Below, piece by piece: positions 10,317-21,935 of a DNA stretch of 64,000 nt; the stretch's first letter is position 1, and the number at the start of each line of letters is the position of its first letter. The position numbers and the translations under genes were made by a program. The stretch is from an uncultured delta proteobacterium. Lineage in GTDB: Bacteria > Desulfobacterota > Binatia > JACPRU01. The stretch lies in assembly GCA_963745025.1 (NCBI GenBank), contig CAVUWD010000019.1:128001-192000 (forward strand), read 5' to 3'. The notes under the pieces are model-generated. The model was given only the letters and a program-made list of their open reading frames with translations. It searched no databases and was not told where the DNA came from.

Positions 10317-10379
10317 GGCTCTCCGTCAGCGGCTCTCGGCTTTCGCGAGCCGATCGCCGCGAGTCGATGGCTGACGGCC
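10317..10379. repeat. Heptamer palindrome, sister family 2
   Basis: ggctctc cgtcagc ggctctc ggctttc gcgagcc gatcgcc gcgagtc gatggct gacggcc. Confidence 0.5.
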
Positions 10380-11591
10380 ATGGGTGATCTCGCCGACATT
10401 CGCGCCGCCTACGAGCGAATCCACGCGCACATCCTGCGCACGCCACTCCAGGGGAGCCAGACGCTCAGCCGCATGGCGGGGGCGAAGATCCACCTGAAGT
10501 GCGAGAACCTGCAGAAGACCGGCTCCTTCAAGGCGCGCGGCGCGCTCAACCGAATCCTTCAGCTCGAGCAAAGCGAGCGGCGCCGTGGGGTGGTCGCCGC
10601 CTCGGCGGGAAATCATGCGCAGGGGGTGGCGTATGCCGGCGCGATCGCCGGCGTCAACGTCACGGTGGTGATGCCGGTGAGCGCCGCCATCGCCAAGATC
10701 GAAGCCACCCGGGGCTACGGCGCTGACGTCGTGCTCGCCGGCGAAGACTACGCGGCGGCGTTCCGCCACGCGGCGAAGCTCGCCCGCCGCAGCCGCGCGA
10801 CGCTCGTGCCCGCGTTCGACGATGATCGCGTGATCGCCGGGCAGGGGACCGTGGGGGTCGAGATTCTCGAGGATCTTCCCGGGGTCGAGATCGTCGTCGT
10901 GCCGGTCGGCGGCGGCGGTCTCGCTGCGGGCATCGCCGCAGCGATCGCCCCGATCGCCCCCCGTGTGCAAGTGATCGGCGCTCAAGCCGAGCTCGCGTCG
11001 ACGCTGGTACCGAGCCTCCGCGCACGGCGCCGGATTGCCGCGACGCCGGCACCGACCATCGCCGACGGGCTCGCGACGTCCTCGATCGGCGCGCGACCGT
11101 GGCGAATCTTGCGCCGTCGTCTGCGGCGTGCCGTGACGGTCGGGGAAGCCGAGATCGCGGCAGCGATTCTCCTGCTTCTGGAGCGCGCCAAGCTGGTCGT
11201 CGAAGGCGCCGGCGCGACCGCGCTCGCAGCGTGCCTTGGACCGCTGCGCCGCGCCATTGCCGGCCGACGCGTCGCGGTCGTGCTCTCGGGAGGCAACATC
11301 GACGTCAACGTGCTCGACCGCATCCTCAATCTCGGTCTCGCGAAGCAGGGGAGAGTGTTCCGCTTCGCGACCGTCCTCCCCGATCGACCCGGTGCGCTCT
11401 CGCGATTGACCGCGGTGGTCGGTGAGGCGGGTGCCAACGTCAAGACGATTCACCACGATCGTGGCCGGGTCGACGTCGGCGTCCTCGAGACCTTGGTGAC
11501 CGCGGAGATCGAGACCCGGGGGCCGGAACACGTGCCCGAGATCGTCCGCCGGCTGCGTTCCGCGGGCTACCGTCTGATCGCGGGCGTCTGA
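10380..11591 (+). CDS. ilvA: Threonine ammonia-lyase (medium form, ACT domain)
   Basis: KCENLQKTGSFKARGA, SAGNHAQG, PVGGGGL, LSGGNID and ACT domain PDRPGAL. Confidence 0.93.
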   Translation: MGDLADIRAAYERIHAHILRTPLQGSQTLSRMAGAKIHLKCENLQKTGSFKARGALNRILQLEQSERRRGVVAASAGNHAQGVAYAGAIAGVNVTVVMPVSAAIAKIEATRGYGADVVLAGEDYAAAFRHAAKLARRSRATLVPAFDDDRVIAGQGTVGVEILEDLPGVEIVVVPVGGGGLAAGIAAAIAPIAPRVQVIGAQAELASTLVPSLRARRRIAATPAPTIADGLATSSIGARPWRILRRRLRRAVTVGEAEIAAAILLLLERAKLVVEGAGATALAACLGPLRRAIAGRRVAVVLSGGNIDVNVLDRILNLGLAKQGRVFRFATVLPDRPGALSRLTAVVGEAGANVKTIHHDRGRVDVGVLETLVTAEIETRGPEHVPEIVRRLRSAGYRLIAGV

Positions 11592-12250
11592 GACGCGATC
11601 AAGCGCGGAATCTCGAGATCCGCCGGCGGCCGCGGGCTTCGCAAGCGGTGCGAGATCTCGGCGAGCGCCGCCCGGAACGTCGCGAGCTCCACGCCGTGTG
11701 CCTCGCGGCCGAAGCCCGCGAGCTTGGCATTGCCTTCCTCGAGGAGAGCGATCGCGCCGCGGAGGTTTCCGTTGGCGTGATGGTGTAGGCCGACGGCCAC
11801 TTGAACCAGCCCTTGCAGGAACGTCTTGAGATCGCCCTCCGCCTCTCGCCAGCGGTCCTCGAGGAGCTCATGGACCTCGAAGAAGAGGCCCGCGTTGAAG
11901 AGTGCTGCCGCGGCGCAGAGCGCCCACGGCACCCTGGGTTCGCCGGCTGGAGCTACGCCGCACTCGCTCCGGCACCTCGACAGCGCCTCGGCGAATCGCG
12001 CCGCGCGCCAACGCAGCGCCTCGAGGTCGGCGGCGAAGTCGCTACGGAGGCGAAGGCCTTCCTGGGCCGGCTCGAACAGCCCGGAGTCCTCGAGGACTCG
12101 TCGTTGCTGTGCGGAAAGCCCCGCGGCGACGCCATTCGGCGCCGTTCGCAGGGCGAAGGCGGCGAGCGCGTCGATCGATGCGTCGGCCGCGGCATCGGCG
12201 AGCGCGGCCAGGCACCATTCGGCGAGACGATTGCGCAAAACGCGCTTCAT
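11567..12250 (-). CDS. DUF309 domain protein with N-terminal extension
   Basis: LFNAGLFFEVHELLEDRW...FLQGLVQVAVGLHH..GN.RGA. Start at 12250 or 12283. Confidence 0.82.
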   Translation of the reverse strand: MKRVLRNRLAEWCLAALADAAADASIDALAAFALRTAPNGVAAGLSAQQRRVLEDSGLFEPAQEGLRLRSDFAADLEALRWRAARFAEALSRCRSECGVAPAGEPRVPWALCAAAALFNAGLFFEVHELLEDRWREAEGDLKTFLQGLVQVAVGLHHHANGNLRGAIALLEEGNAKLAGFGREAHGVELATFRAALAEISHRLRSPRPPADLEIPRLIASQTPAIRR

Positions 12251-12317
12251 CTTCCGCCCATCGTAAGGCCGCAGCGCTTGCAAGAACTCGGCAAAGACGT
12301 CGCCGAATGATCAACGC

Positions 12318-12478
12318 GCGTGTTTGTGTTCGAGCCGTACTCGGATCGAACACAAACACGCGTAACCGCGCGAAGCGCGGAAAGGTTCGAGCCGCGCCTT
12401 GCGGTATTGCCTTCCGCGCTTCGCGCGGTGGCGTGGGTTTGCGGTCGACCCGAGTACGGATCGACCGCAAACCCACGC
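12318..12478. repeat. Triple-hairpin symmetric element, copy A
   Basis: Outer hairpin 12318-12361 (loop TACT), central inverted repeat 12365-12429, outer hairpin 12431-12478 (loop AGTA). Confidence 0.92.
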
Positions 12479-12646
12479 GCTGTTCCTTCGTGCGCAGATT
12501 GCGGCGACCATCCTATGGCAGAGACTGAGGCATCACTCCCGTTCCGCGGTCCATCTTGCGCGCAGTCGCGATGGAATGGTAGCTATGCCAGTTTCCGCGT
12601 TATCGAATCCAAGCAAGTGGTTTGATGCCGCGGAGGGAGGGGATTC

Positions 12647-12991
12647 ATGCTCACAGTCAGTGCTACCCAAATCGAGCTGATGCAGAAGATCGCACGCAGG
12701 ATCGATCGCAAGCTCTCGTTGCAACTCCATCACTTGGCCGACGGATCGATCGAGGTGAAGCTCAGCCAGGGACCGCGCAAAGCAGAGACTCGCGTCGGCG
12801 GTGCCGCGCTGGAGGCCGCGCGCGACGACGTCGCACAGTTCGAGGCGCTTCGGTTGCAGATCAAGCGCGTCTACGACCGCATGTGGGCGCCGGTGCCGCC
12901 ACCCAAAACGCCTCGTGTGGAGATCAACCGCGATATCGCGTTTGGCTTCCGACCGGGCGGTCAGCGCGGGAAGCCCGGCGGCCGGAGGTAA
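12647..12991 (+). CDS. Hypothetical protein, basic Gly/Arg-rich C-terminus
   Basis: Strong SD ggagggagggga before ATG, coding-like codon usage, fills the gap. Confidence 0.75.
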   Translation: MLTVSATQIELMQKIARRIDRKLSLQLHHLADGSIEVKLSQGPRKAETRVGGAALEAARDDVAQFEALRLQIKRVYDRMWAPVPPPKTPRVEINRDIAFGFRPGGQRGKPGGRR

Positions 12992-13012
12992 CGCTCTGCG
13001 CTCGCGTTCCGC

Positions 13013-14374
13013 CTAACGCGAGCGGGAGGGCGAACGCGACTTTTCCGCCAATCGGCGCATCTCGGCGAGCGTCGCGGCGACTCGCATGAGGTGCATTCCG
13101 GGCGCCGTGTGAACCTCGGCGGCGGCGACGCTCCCAGACCAGCGTTCGTCGATCTGGCGGACGCCATCGGGGGTGTCTGGGAGATCGCCCGTGCCCGCGA
13201 TCAAGCGCACGAACGCTTCGCGTAGCTCGAGCGCGCCTGCCGAATCGACGAGCTTGCGGGCCTGCCAGAAGTAGGACTCCGGATCGGCGTGGTGATTGTA
13301 GAAAAACGTGACGAAGCGCCGGTAGCGCTCGAAGGCGCGACGATAGGCGGCATCGTAGTCGGAGAACGCGGCCGTGGCGTCGCGACGGTTCGTGAGCACG
13401 TCCTCGAGCGCATCGGCCGCGAGCAAGCCGGCGAGCAGCGCGAGATGAACGCCGGTCGAGAAGACGGGATCGATGAAGCACGCCGCGTCGCCCGCGAGCA
13501 GCGCCGCGGAGTGGTAGAAGCTGCGGCTCGAATAGGAATAGTCGCGAATGACACGAACGGGAGCGACCTGGCGCGCGCCGCGCAGCATCTCCGTGACGGG
13601 TCGACAACGCTCCAGAAGCGACCGATAGGTCTCTGGGAGGGTCTCCGGGCGGGCTCGCTCCTTCCAACGCGAGGCATCGACGACCGCACCGACGCTGATC
13701 GTCCCGTCGTGCAGCGGAATGTACCAGCACCAGCCTTCGCCGTGCGCGGCGGAGAGAATGTTGTCGCGCAAATCGCCTTCCAGGCGCGCCGCGTCCGCGA
13801 AATAGCTCCAGATCGCCAGGTTCTTGAAGAACGGATTGTACTCGCGAAGCCCCTCGCGCCGTCCGAGGAATGCCTGCTGACCGCTCGCGTCGATGACGAA
13901 GCGCGCGTCGACGACCACCGCCGAACCGTCAGCCGCTCGCGCTCCGACGCGAAACGGACCTTCGCCCTCGATCGATTCGACGGTCATTTCTTCGAGCACG
14001 TCCGCGCCTTGGTGCGCCGAATGCCGCAGCAGAATGGCGTCGAACTCGGAGCGCACCACGTGGTAGGCGTGGGCAAATCCGCCGGGATCCTCGCGGAACC
14101 AGAAGCTCCACGGCTCGCCGTTGGAGCCCCAGAGAAACGTGCCGCCGGGCTTCTTTACGAAGCCGTGGCGCTCGACCTCGGGCAGCACGCCGAGGTGCGC
14201 GAGGATCGGCAACGAGGCGGAGAGCAGCGATTCGCCGATGTGATAGCGCGGAAATCGCTCTCGCTCGAAGACGACCACGCGATGGCCGGCGCGGGCGAGC
14301 AGGCTCGCGGCCGTCGACCCTGCAGGACCGCCGCCGATGACCGCGACGTCGTAGTCGGAATGTCGAGCCTTCAC
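13013..14374 (-). CDS. Flavin-dependent halogenase-family oxidoreductase
   Basis: GGGPAG, RYHIGES, GFVKKPG, GWCWYIP (WxWxIP) and GDAACFIDPVFSTGVH. GTG start at 14374 inferred. Confidence 0.85.
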   Translation of the reverse strand: MKARHSDYDVAVIGGGPAGSTAASLLARAGHRVVVFERERFPRYHIGESLLSASLPILAHLGVLPEVERHGFVKKPGGTFLWGSNGEPWSFWFREDPGGFAHAYHVVRSEFDAILLRHSAHQGADVLEEMTVESIEGEGPFRVGARAADGSAVVVDARFVIDASGQQAFLGRREGLREYNPFFKNLAIWSYFADAARLEGDLRDNILSAAHGEGWCWYIPLHDGTISVGAVVDASRWKERARPETLPETYRSLLERCRPVTEMLRGARQVAPVRVIRDYSYSSRSFYHSAALLAGDAACFIDPVFSTGVHLALLAGLLAADALEDVLTNRRDATAAFSDYDAAYRRAFERYRRFVTFFYNHHADPESYFWQARKLVDSAGALELREAFVRLIAGTGDLPDTPDGVRQIDERWSGSVAAAEVHTAPGMHLMRVAATLAEMRRLAEKSRSPSRSR

Positions 14375-14393
14375 GCCGGGGCCGCGGCTCTCT

Positions 14394-16860
<2,467 letters not shown>

Positions 16861-16921
16861 GTCGCCCCGACCGCGTGTGCTCGGAAAGCGCGCGACTCGC
16901 GAGCCACCGGATCGAGCTCAA

Positions 16922-16950
16922 AAGCTAGTACACGACTCCCGGGGTGACAA
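16922..16950 (-). promoter_or_regulatory. Candidate sigma70-type promoter of lon
   Basis: Minus strand TTGTCA-N17-TAGCTT about 60 nt upstream of the ATG. Confidence 0.4.
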
Positions 16951-17024
16951 GGGTGGTCATCGAAAAAAAAGGAACCGAAGGTGAAAAAGGCTCGGCACGC
17001 TCTACGGCTTCCGGTTGTTTCGCT

Positions 17025-17828
17025 TCAAGGTGAGAAGCCCGCGGGTGCGAGCCGCCGCGCGACGGTCAGGAAGCCGGTGTGCGCGACCATCCGGTGCTCC
17101 GGACGGATCGAGATCTCGCGCACGTACCAGAAGCGCTGCAGCGTCTCGAAGGTTTCGATGGCGCCGAACCCCGGATGCGCGTGCAGCGCGTCGACGAACG
17201 ATTTGACCTGCAGGACCGTCGGTACGTAGCCCACGAGCACGCCCCCCGGAACGAGAGCGCGCGCGGCGGCTTCGAGCGCTCGCCACGGCTCGGGCACGTC
17301 GAGCACGATGCGGTCCACCTCGGCCTCGTCGATCACCGTGTAGACGTCGCCGAGCTTCACCGTCCAGTTCGAGGCTTCGCCGAAGAAACGAACGACGTTC
17401 TTGCGCGCCATCTCGATGTGATCCTCGCGGCATTCGTACGAGAGGACGCGCCCTTCGGTGCCGACCGCGCGCAGCAGCGCGATCGTCAACGCGCCGGGGC
17501 CGACGCCGGCCTCGACGACGGTCGCGCCGGGGAAGATGTCTCCCCAGACGAGGATCGCGGCGGCGTCCTTCGGGTAGATGACCTGCGCCTCGCGGGGCAG
17601 GTGGAGTACCAGGTCGGCGTAGCTCGGCCGCAAAACGAGAAAGATCTCGTTGGCGGAACTGGTGACGCGCAAGCCGTCCGGATGCCCGATCAGCGCTTCC
17701 GACTCCACGGTCCCATCACGAACAGGGATCTTTGCGCCCGCGCGCAGCGTACGGAGATACCGCCGTCCCTTGCGGTCGATGAGGAGAACCGAGTCACCGG
17801 CGCGCAGAGGACCGCTGGGGCGCTGCAT
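17025..17828 (-). CDS. trmI: tRNA (adenine-N1)-methyltransferase
   Basis: PREAQVIYPKD, VEAGVGPGALT, LDVPEPW and RPEHRMVAHTGFL. Confidence 0.93.
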   Translation of the reverse strand: MQRPSGPLRAGDSVLLIDRKGRRYLRTLRAGAKIPVRDGTVESEALIGHPDGLRVTSSANEIFLVLRPSYADLVLHLPREAQVIYPKDAAAILVWGDIFPGATVVEAGVGPGALTIALLRAVGTEGRVLSYECREDHIEMARKNVVRFFGEASNWTVKLGDVYTVIDEAEVDRIVLDVPEPWRALEAAARALVPGGVLVGYVPTVLQVKSFVDALHAHPGFGAIETFETLQRFWYVREISIRPEHRMVAHTGFLTVARRLAPAGFSP

Positions 17829-17949
17829 GGGCGAAGGCTCTAGGAGACGGGGGACGAGATGTCAAAGAACCATTCGGGAACGGCCGATCCGGAGCGGCAA
17901 CGCCACAGCTTCTCAGCGTTTGCCTCGAACGCCGCGGAGGACGGAGAGC

Positions 17950-18113
17950 GCGGTCGGTTGTGATCGGCCCGTACTCGGGTCGATCACAACCGACCGCAAC
18001 GGCGCGAAGCGCCGGAGGCCATCACCCGCGACCCGGTCTATTGCCTTCCGCGCTTCCGCGCGGTGGCTGGATTTTCCGGCCGACCCGCGTACGGGCCGGC
18101 CGGAAAATCCAGC
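17950..18113. repeat. Triple-hairpin symmetric element, copy B
   Basis: Outer hairpin 17950-17997 (TACT), degenerate central inverted repeat, outer hairpin 18066-18113 (CGTA). Confidence 0.9.
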
Positions 18114-18241
18114 GCTTCACGATATCCAGCACTCTTGAGGAGAGTGAGGGAACGCCTCTGCAGCGCCTCTGAGCCGTCGGGGGCGCGGCGGCTCGCGAAG
18201 CGCTGGTTTCAGCAGGGACGGATCGCTAGACTCAGTCGATT

Positions 18242-19984
18242 ATGCGCCGGCTGTACGCCTACATGCTCCGCTACAAGCGGCGCTACGTGTTTGGCTTCGT
18301 GTGCCTGTTTGCAACCGCGACGGTTGCGATGATCATCCCGTATTTCTTGAAGCGTGCCGTCGAGGTGATCGAGCACGACCACGAGCTTCGCGGATTACGG
18401 TTCTACATCTTGCTCATCATCGGCTTGGCGCTCGTGCAGGGCGTGGCGCGGACGTTCTCTCGTTTCACGATCTTCAACATCGGCCGCGACATCGAGTACG
18501 ACTTGCGAAACGACCTGTTCGCACACCTCGAGACGCTGCCGCAGAGCTACTACCAGAAGAGCCAGACGGGCGACCTGATGTCGCGGCTGGTGAACGACAT
18601 CGGCGCGGTGCGCATGATGATCGGGCCGGGGATCCTGAACTTCATCAATACGCCCGTCTACTACCTCTACGCCGTATCGATCATGGTGACGATCAGCGTG
18701 CCGCTCACCGTGTTTTCGCTAACGGCCTATCCGATCGTGCTCTGGATCGTGAAGCGACTGTCGCGGCAGCTCATGGAGCGGACCGTCAAAGTCCAGGAAG
18801 GGCTCGCCACGCTCTCTTCGCGAGTTCAGGAGAATCTTTCGGGTATGACGGTCGTCAAGGCGTACGCGCTCGAGGACTCCGAGATCGCCAGCTTCGAGAG
18901 GTTAAACGCGGAGTTTCAGGAACAGAGTCTCGCGCTCGCGCGAGTTCGGGGATTCATCGCCCCGGTGATGAAGCTCGTCTCGAGCGCGGGCATCTTGGTC
19001 GTTCTCTGGTTCGGCGGCTGGCTGGTGATCCGCGAACGGGTCGGGATCGGCGATCTCGTCGCCTTCATCGCCTACCTGCACCTTCTCGCCTGGCCGACGA
19101 TGGCGATGGGCTGGATGCTGTCGATCCTGCAGCGCGGCCGCGCGTCGATGATGCGCCTCGAGCACATCTTCGTGGCCGAGCCCGAGATCTTCGGACCGCC
19201 GAGCGACGGTGAGGCGCCGATCGAGCGCGGCGAGATCGAGTTCGACGCCGTGCGCTTCGCCTACCCCGGGCGGAGATCGCCCGACGTGCTCGCCGACGTA
19301 CGGCTGCGGATCCCGGCGGGGTCGACGGTGGCGATCGTCGGCCGGACGGGGGCCGGCAAGACGACGCTGGTGAACCTGATTCCGCGCCTCTTCGATCCCA
19401 CCTCGGGAAGCGTTCGCATCGACGGGCGGGACGTGCGCGCGATGTCGCTCGCGACGCTGCGCCGCGCGCTCGGCCTCGTGCCGCAGGATCCGTTTCTCTT
19501 CTCCACCACGATCCGCGAGAACATCGCCTACGGCCTCTCCGGCAACGGCGACGTGGACGCGAAGGTGCGCTGGGCGGCAACGGTCGCGGGTCTCGAGAAG
19601 GACCTCGAGGCGTTGCCGCGCGGCCTCGAGACGCTCGTCGGCGAGCGCGGGATCACGCTCTCCGGCGGGCAGAAGCAACGCGTCACGCTCGCGCGGGCGC
19701 TGGCGGTCGACCCGAAGATTCTGATCTTCGACGATGCGCTGTCGAGCGTCGACAGCGAGACCGAACGGCGGATTCTTCGCCAGCTTCGGGAGTCGTTCCC
19801 GCATCGGACGCGGCTGGTGATCTCGCACCGCTCGTCGACCGTGCGAGGCGCGGACCACATCGTGGTGCTCGACGAAGGTCGCATCGTCGAAGTCGGTACA
19901 CACGAGGATCTGCTGCGCCGCGGCGGCGTGTATGCGGAGATCTTCATGGAACAAATGGTCGAAAACGAGTTGGAGGCGCTGTGA
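18242..19984 (+). CDS. ABC exporter permease/ATPase, heterodimer subunit 1
   Basis: TMD plus GRTGAGKT, LSGGQ and degenerate Walker B ILIFDD. Confidence 0.93.
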   Translation: MRRLYAYMLRYKRRYVFGFVCLFATATVAMIIPYFLKRAVEVIEHDHELRGLRFYILLIIGLALVQGVARTFSRFTIFNIGRDIEYDLRNDLFAHLETLPQSYYQKSQTGDLMSRLVNDIGAVRMMIGPGILNFINTPVYYLYAVSIMVTISVPLTVFSLTAYPIVLWIVKRLSRQLMERTVKVQEGLATLSSRVQENLSGMTVVKAYALEDSEIASFERLNAEFQEQSLALARVRGFIAPVMKLVSSAGILVVLWFGGWLVIRERVGIGDLVAFIAYLHLLAWPTMAMGWMLSILQRGRASMMRLEHIFVAEPEIFGPPSDGEAPIERGEIEFDAVRFAYPGRRSPDVLADVRLRIPAGSTVAIVGRTGAGKTTLVNLIPRLFDPTSGSVRIDGRDVRAMSLATLRRALGLVPQDPFLFSTTIRENIAYGLSGNGDVDAKVRWAATVAGLEKDLEALPRGLETLVGERGITLSGGQKQRVTLARALAVDPKILIFDDALSSVDSETERRILRQLRESFPHRTRLVISHRSSTVRGADHIVVLDEGRIVEVGTHEDLLRRGGVYAEIFMEQMVENELEAL

Positions 19985-19987
19985 ACG

Positions 19988-20054
19988 GGCTACAGGCTAC
20001 GGGCTACGGGAAAGGATCCACGAAGTCTTTTCCCGCAGCCCGTAGCCGGTAGCC
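19988..20054. repeat. HPR family 1, copy 3
   Basis: ggctaca ggctacg ggctacg ggaaagg...cttttcc cgcagcc cgtagcc ggtagcc. Confidence 0.9.
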
Positions 20055-20065
20055 GTCCTTTTCCC

Positions 20066-21884
20066 ATGGACCGCGACGAAATCACCGGCAAGGCGTACGA
20101 CCTCCGCTTGATGCGCCGACTCTTGGGATACGTCCGCCCTTACCGGCGGACGTTCCTGCTCTCGCTCGTCTGCTTGCTCGTCTCCTCGCTCGCGCTGCTG
20201 GTGCAGCCCTATCTCTTGAAGATCGCCATCGACCGCTACATGGCCGCCAAGGATCTCGCCGGTCTCTCGGGGATGGCGGTGCTCTTCGTGCTCGCCGCGC
20301 TCGTGGAACTCGGTGCCTTCTACGGCAACTACTATCTGACCATGCTCGTCGCCCAGCGCGCCTCTCCGACCTCCGCGTGGAGGTGTTCGCTCACCTGCAG
20401 CGGCTGCCGATGGCGTTTTTCGACCGGAACCCGGTCGGGCGGCTCGTGACGCGCATGACGACCGACGTCGACGTGCTGAACGAGATGTTCGCCGCGGGTG
20501 CGCTGACGATCGTCATGGACGGTCTCACGCTCGCCGGCATCGTGGCGATCCTCTTTCACCTCCACGGCAGCTCGCGCTCGTCACGCTTTCGCTGATGCCG
20601 GTCATGGTCCTGGCGATCAACTTCTTCCGGGTTCGGGCGCGGCAGTCCTATCGCCTGATCCGCGAGCGCATCGCGCGCATCAACGCGTTCCTTCAGGAGC
20701 ACATCTCGGGAATGGCGATCGTGCAGCTCTTCGGGCGCGAAGCGCGCACGTTCCGCGAGTTCGACCAGCGGAACGACTCCCACCGCGACGCGAACCACCT
20801 GTCGAACGTCTACGAGGCATCGCTCTTCTCGCTCGTCGAGGCGGTGAGCTCCATCTCGATCGCGCTGATGGTGTGGTATGCGAGCGGCCGCATCGTCGCG
20901 GGGGCGATCGCGTTCGGCACGCTCGTCGCGTTCGTCGAGTACATCCAGAAGTTCTTCATCCCGATCCGCGACTTCTCGACGAAGTACGCGGTGATGCAGT
21001 CGGCGATGACCGCGGCCGAGCGGGTCTTTCAGCTCCTCGACACGAAGCCGCCCGCCGAGACCGAGCGCCGGCACGCGCCGTCGACGGTCGTCGGGCGTGT
21101 CGACTTCGAATCGGTCTGGTTCTCCTACAAGCGCCCGAAGGACGGCGAAATTGCCGCAGACGACTGGGTCTTGCGGGATGTGTCGTTCTCCGTCGCCGCC
21201 GGCGAGACGGTCGCGATCGTCGGCGCGACGGGCTCGGGAAAGACGACCCTCGTGAAGCTCCTCGCCGGCTTTTACGACGTCCAGCGAGGCGCCGTGAAGA
21301 TCGACGGGGTCGACGTGCGGAGCTGGCGGCTCGAGCGGCTGCGACGGAGCGTCGGCATCGTGCTTCAGGACGTGTTGCTGTTCCGCGGAGACGTCGCCTA
21401 CAACATCACGCTCGGCCGCGAGGAGATCGGCCGCGAGCGCATGGTGGCGGCGGCGAGCGCCGTCCACGCGGACAGCTTCGTGTCGCGGCTCCCGTCGGGT
21501 TACGACGAGCCGGTGCGCGAGCGCGGGAACAACCTCTCGACCGGCCAGCGCCAGCTCCTGTCCTTCGCCCGTGCGCTCGCGTACGACCCGGCCATCCTGG
21601 TGCTCGACGAGGCGACGTCGAGCGTCGATCCCGAGACCGAAGTGCTGATCCAGGACGCTCTGGAGCGGCTTCTCGCCGGCCGCACGGCGATCGTGATCGC
21701 GCACCGGCTGTCGACGATCGAGCGGGCCGACCGCATCATCGTGCTGCACCACGGCGAGGTGCGCGAGATCGGCACGCACGCCGAGCTCCTCGCCAGAGAC
21801 GGGATCTACGCCAAGCTTTACCGGCTGCAGTTCGCCGGGCATGCTGCGAAAGAGCTCGTCGCGAGCGGGGCGCCCGAGCGATGA
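20066..21884 (+). CDS. ABC exporter permease/ATPase, heterodimer subunit 2 (apparent 1-nt deletions at ~20360 and ~20566)
   Basis: Three consecutive ORF pieces form TMD plus NBD, with GATGSGKT, LSTGQ and LDEATS. Confidence 0.9.
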
Positions 21885-21935
21885 GCCACCGCTCGCCGAA
21901 GCCGCTTCTGGCGCGATCGAGGCGGGGCTAGAGGC

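Noticed and set aside
12320-12625. Short ORFs sharing the peptide GRPEYGST (also near 50750 and 62880)
   Set aside because: These are incidental translations of the palindromic repeat core in different frames and strands.
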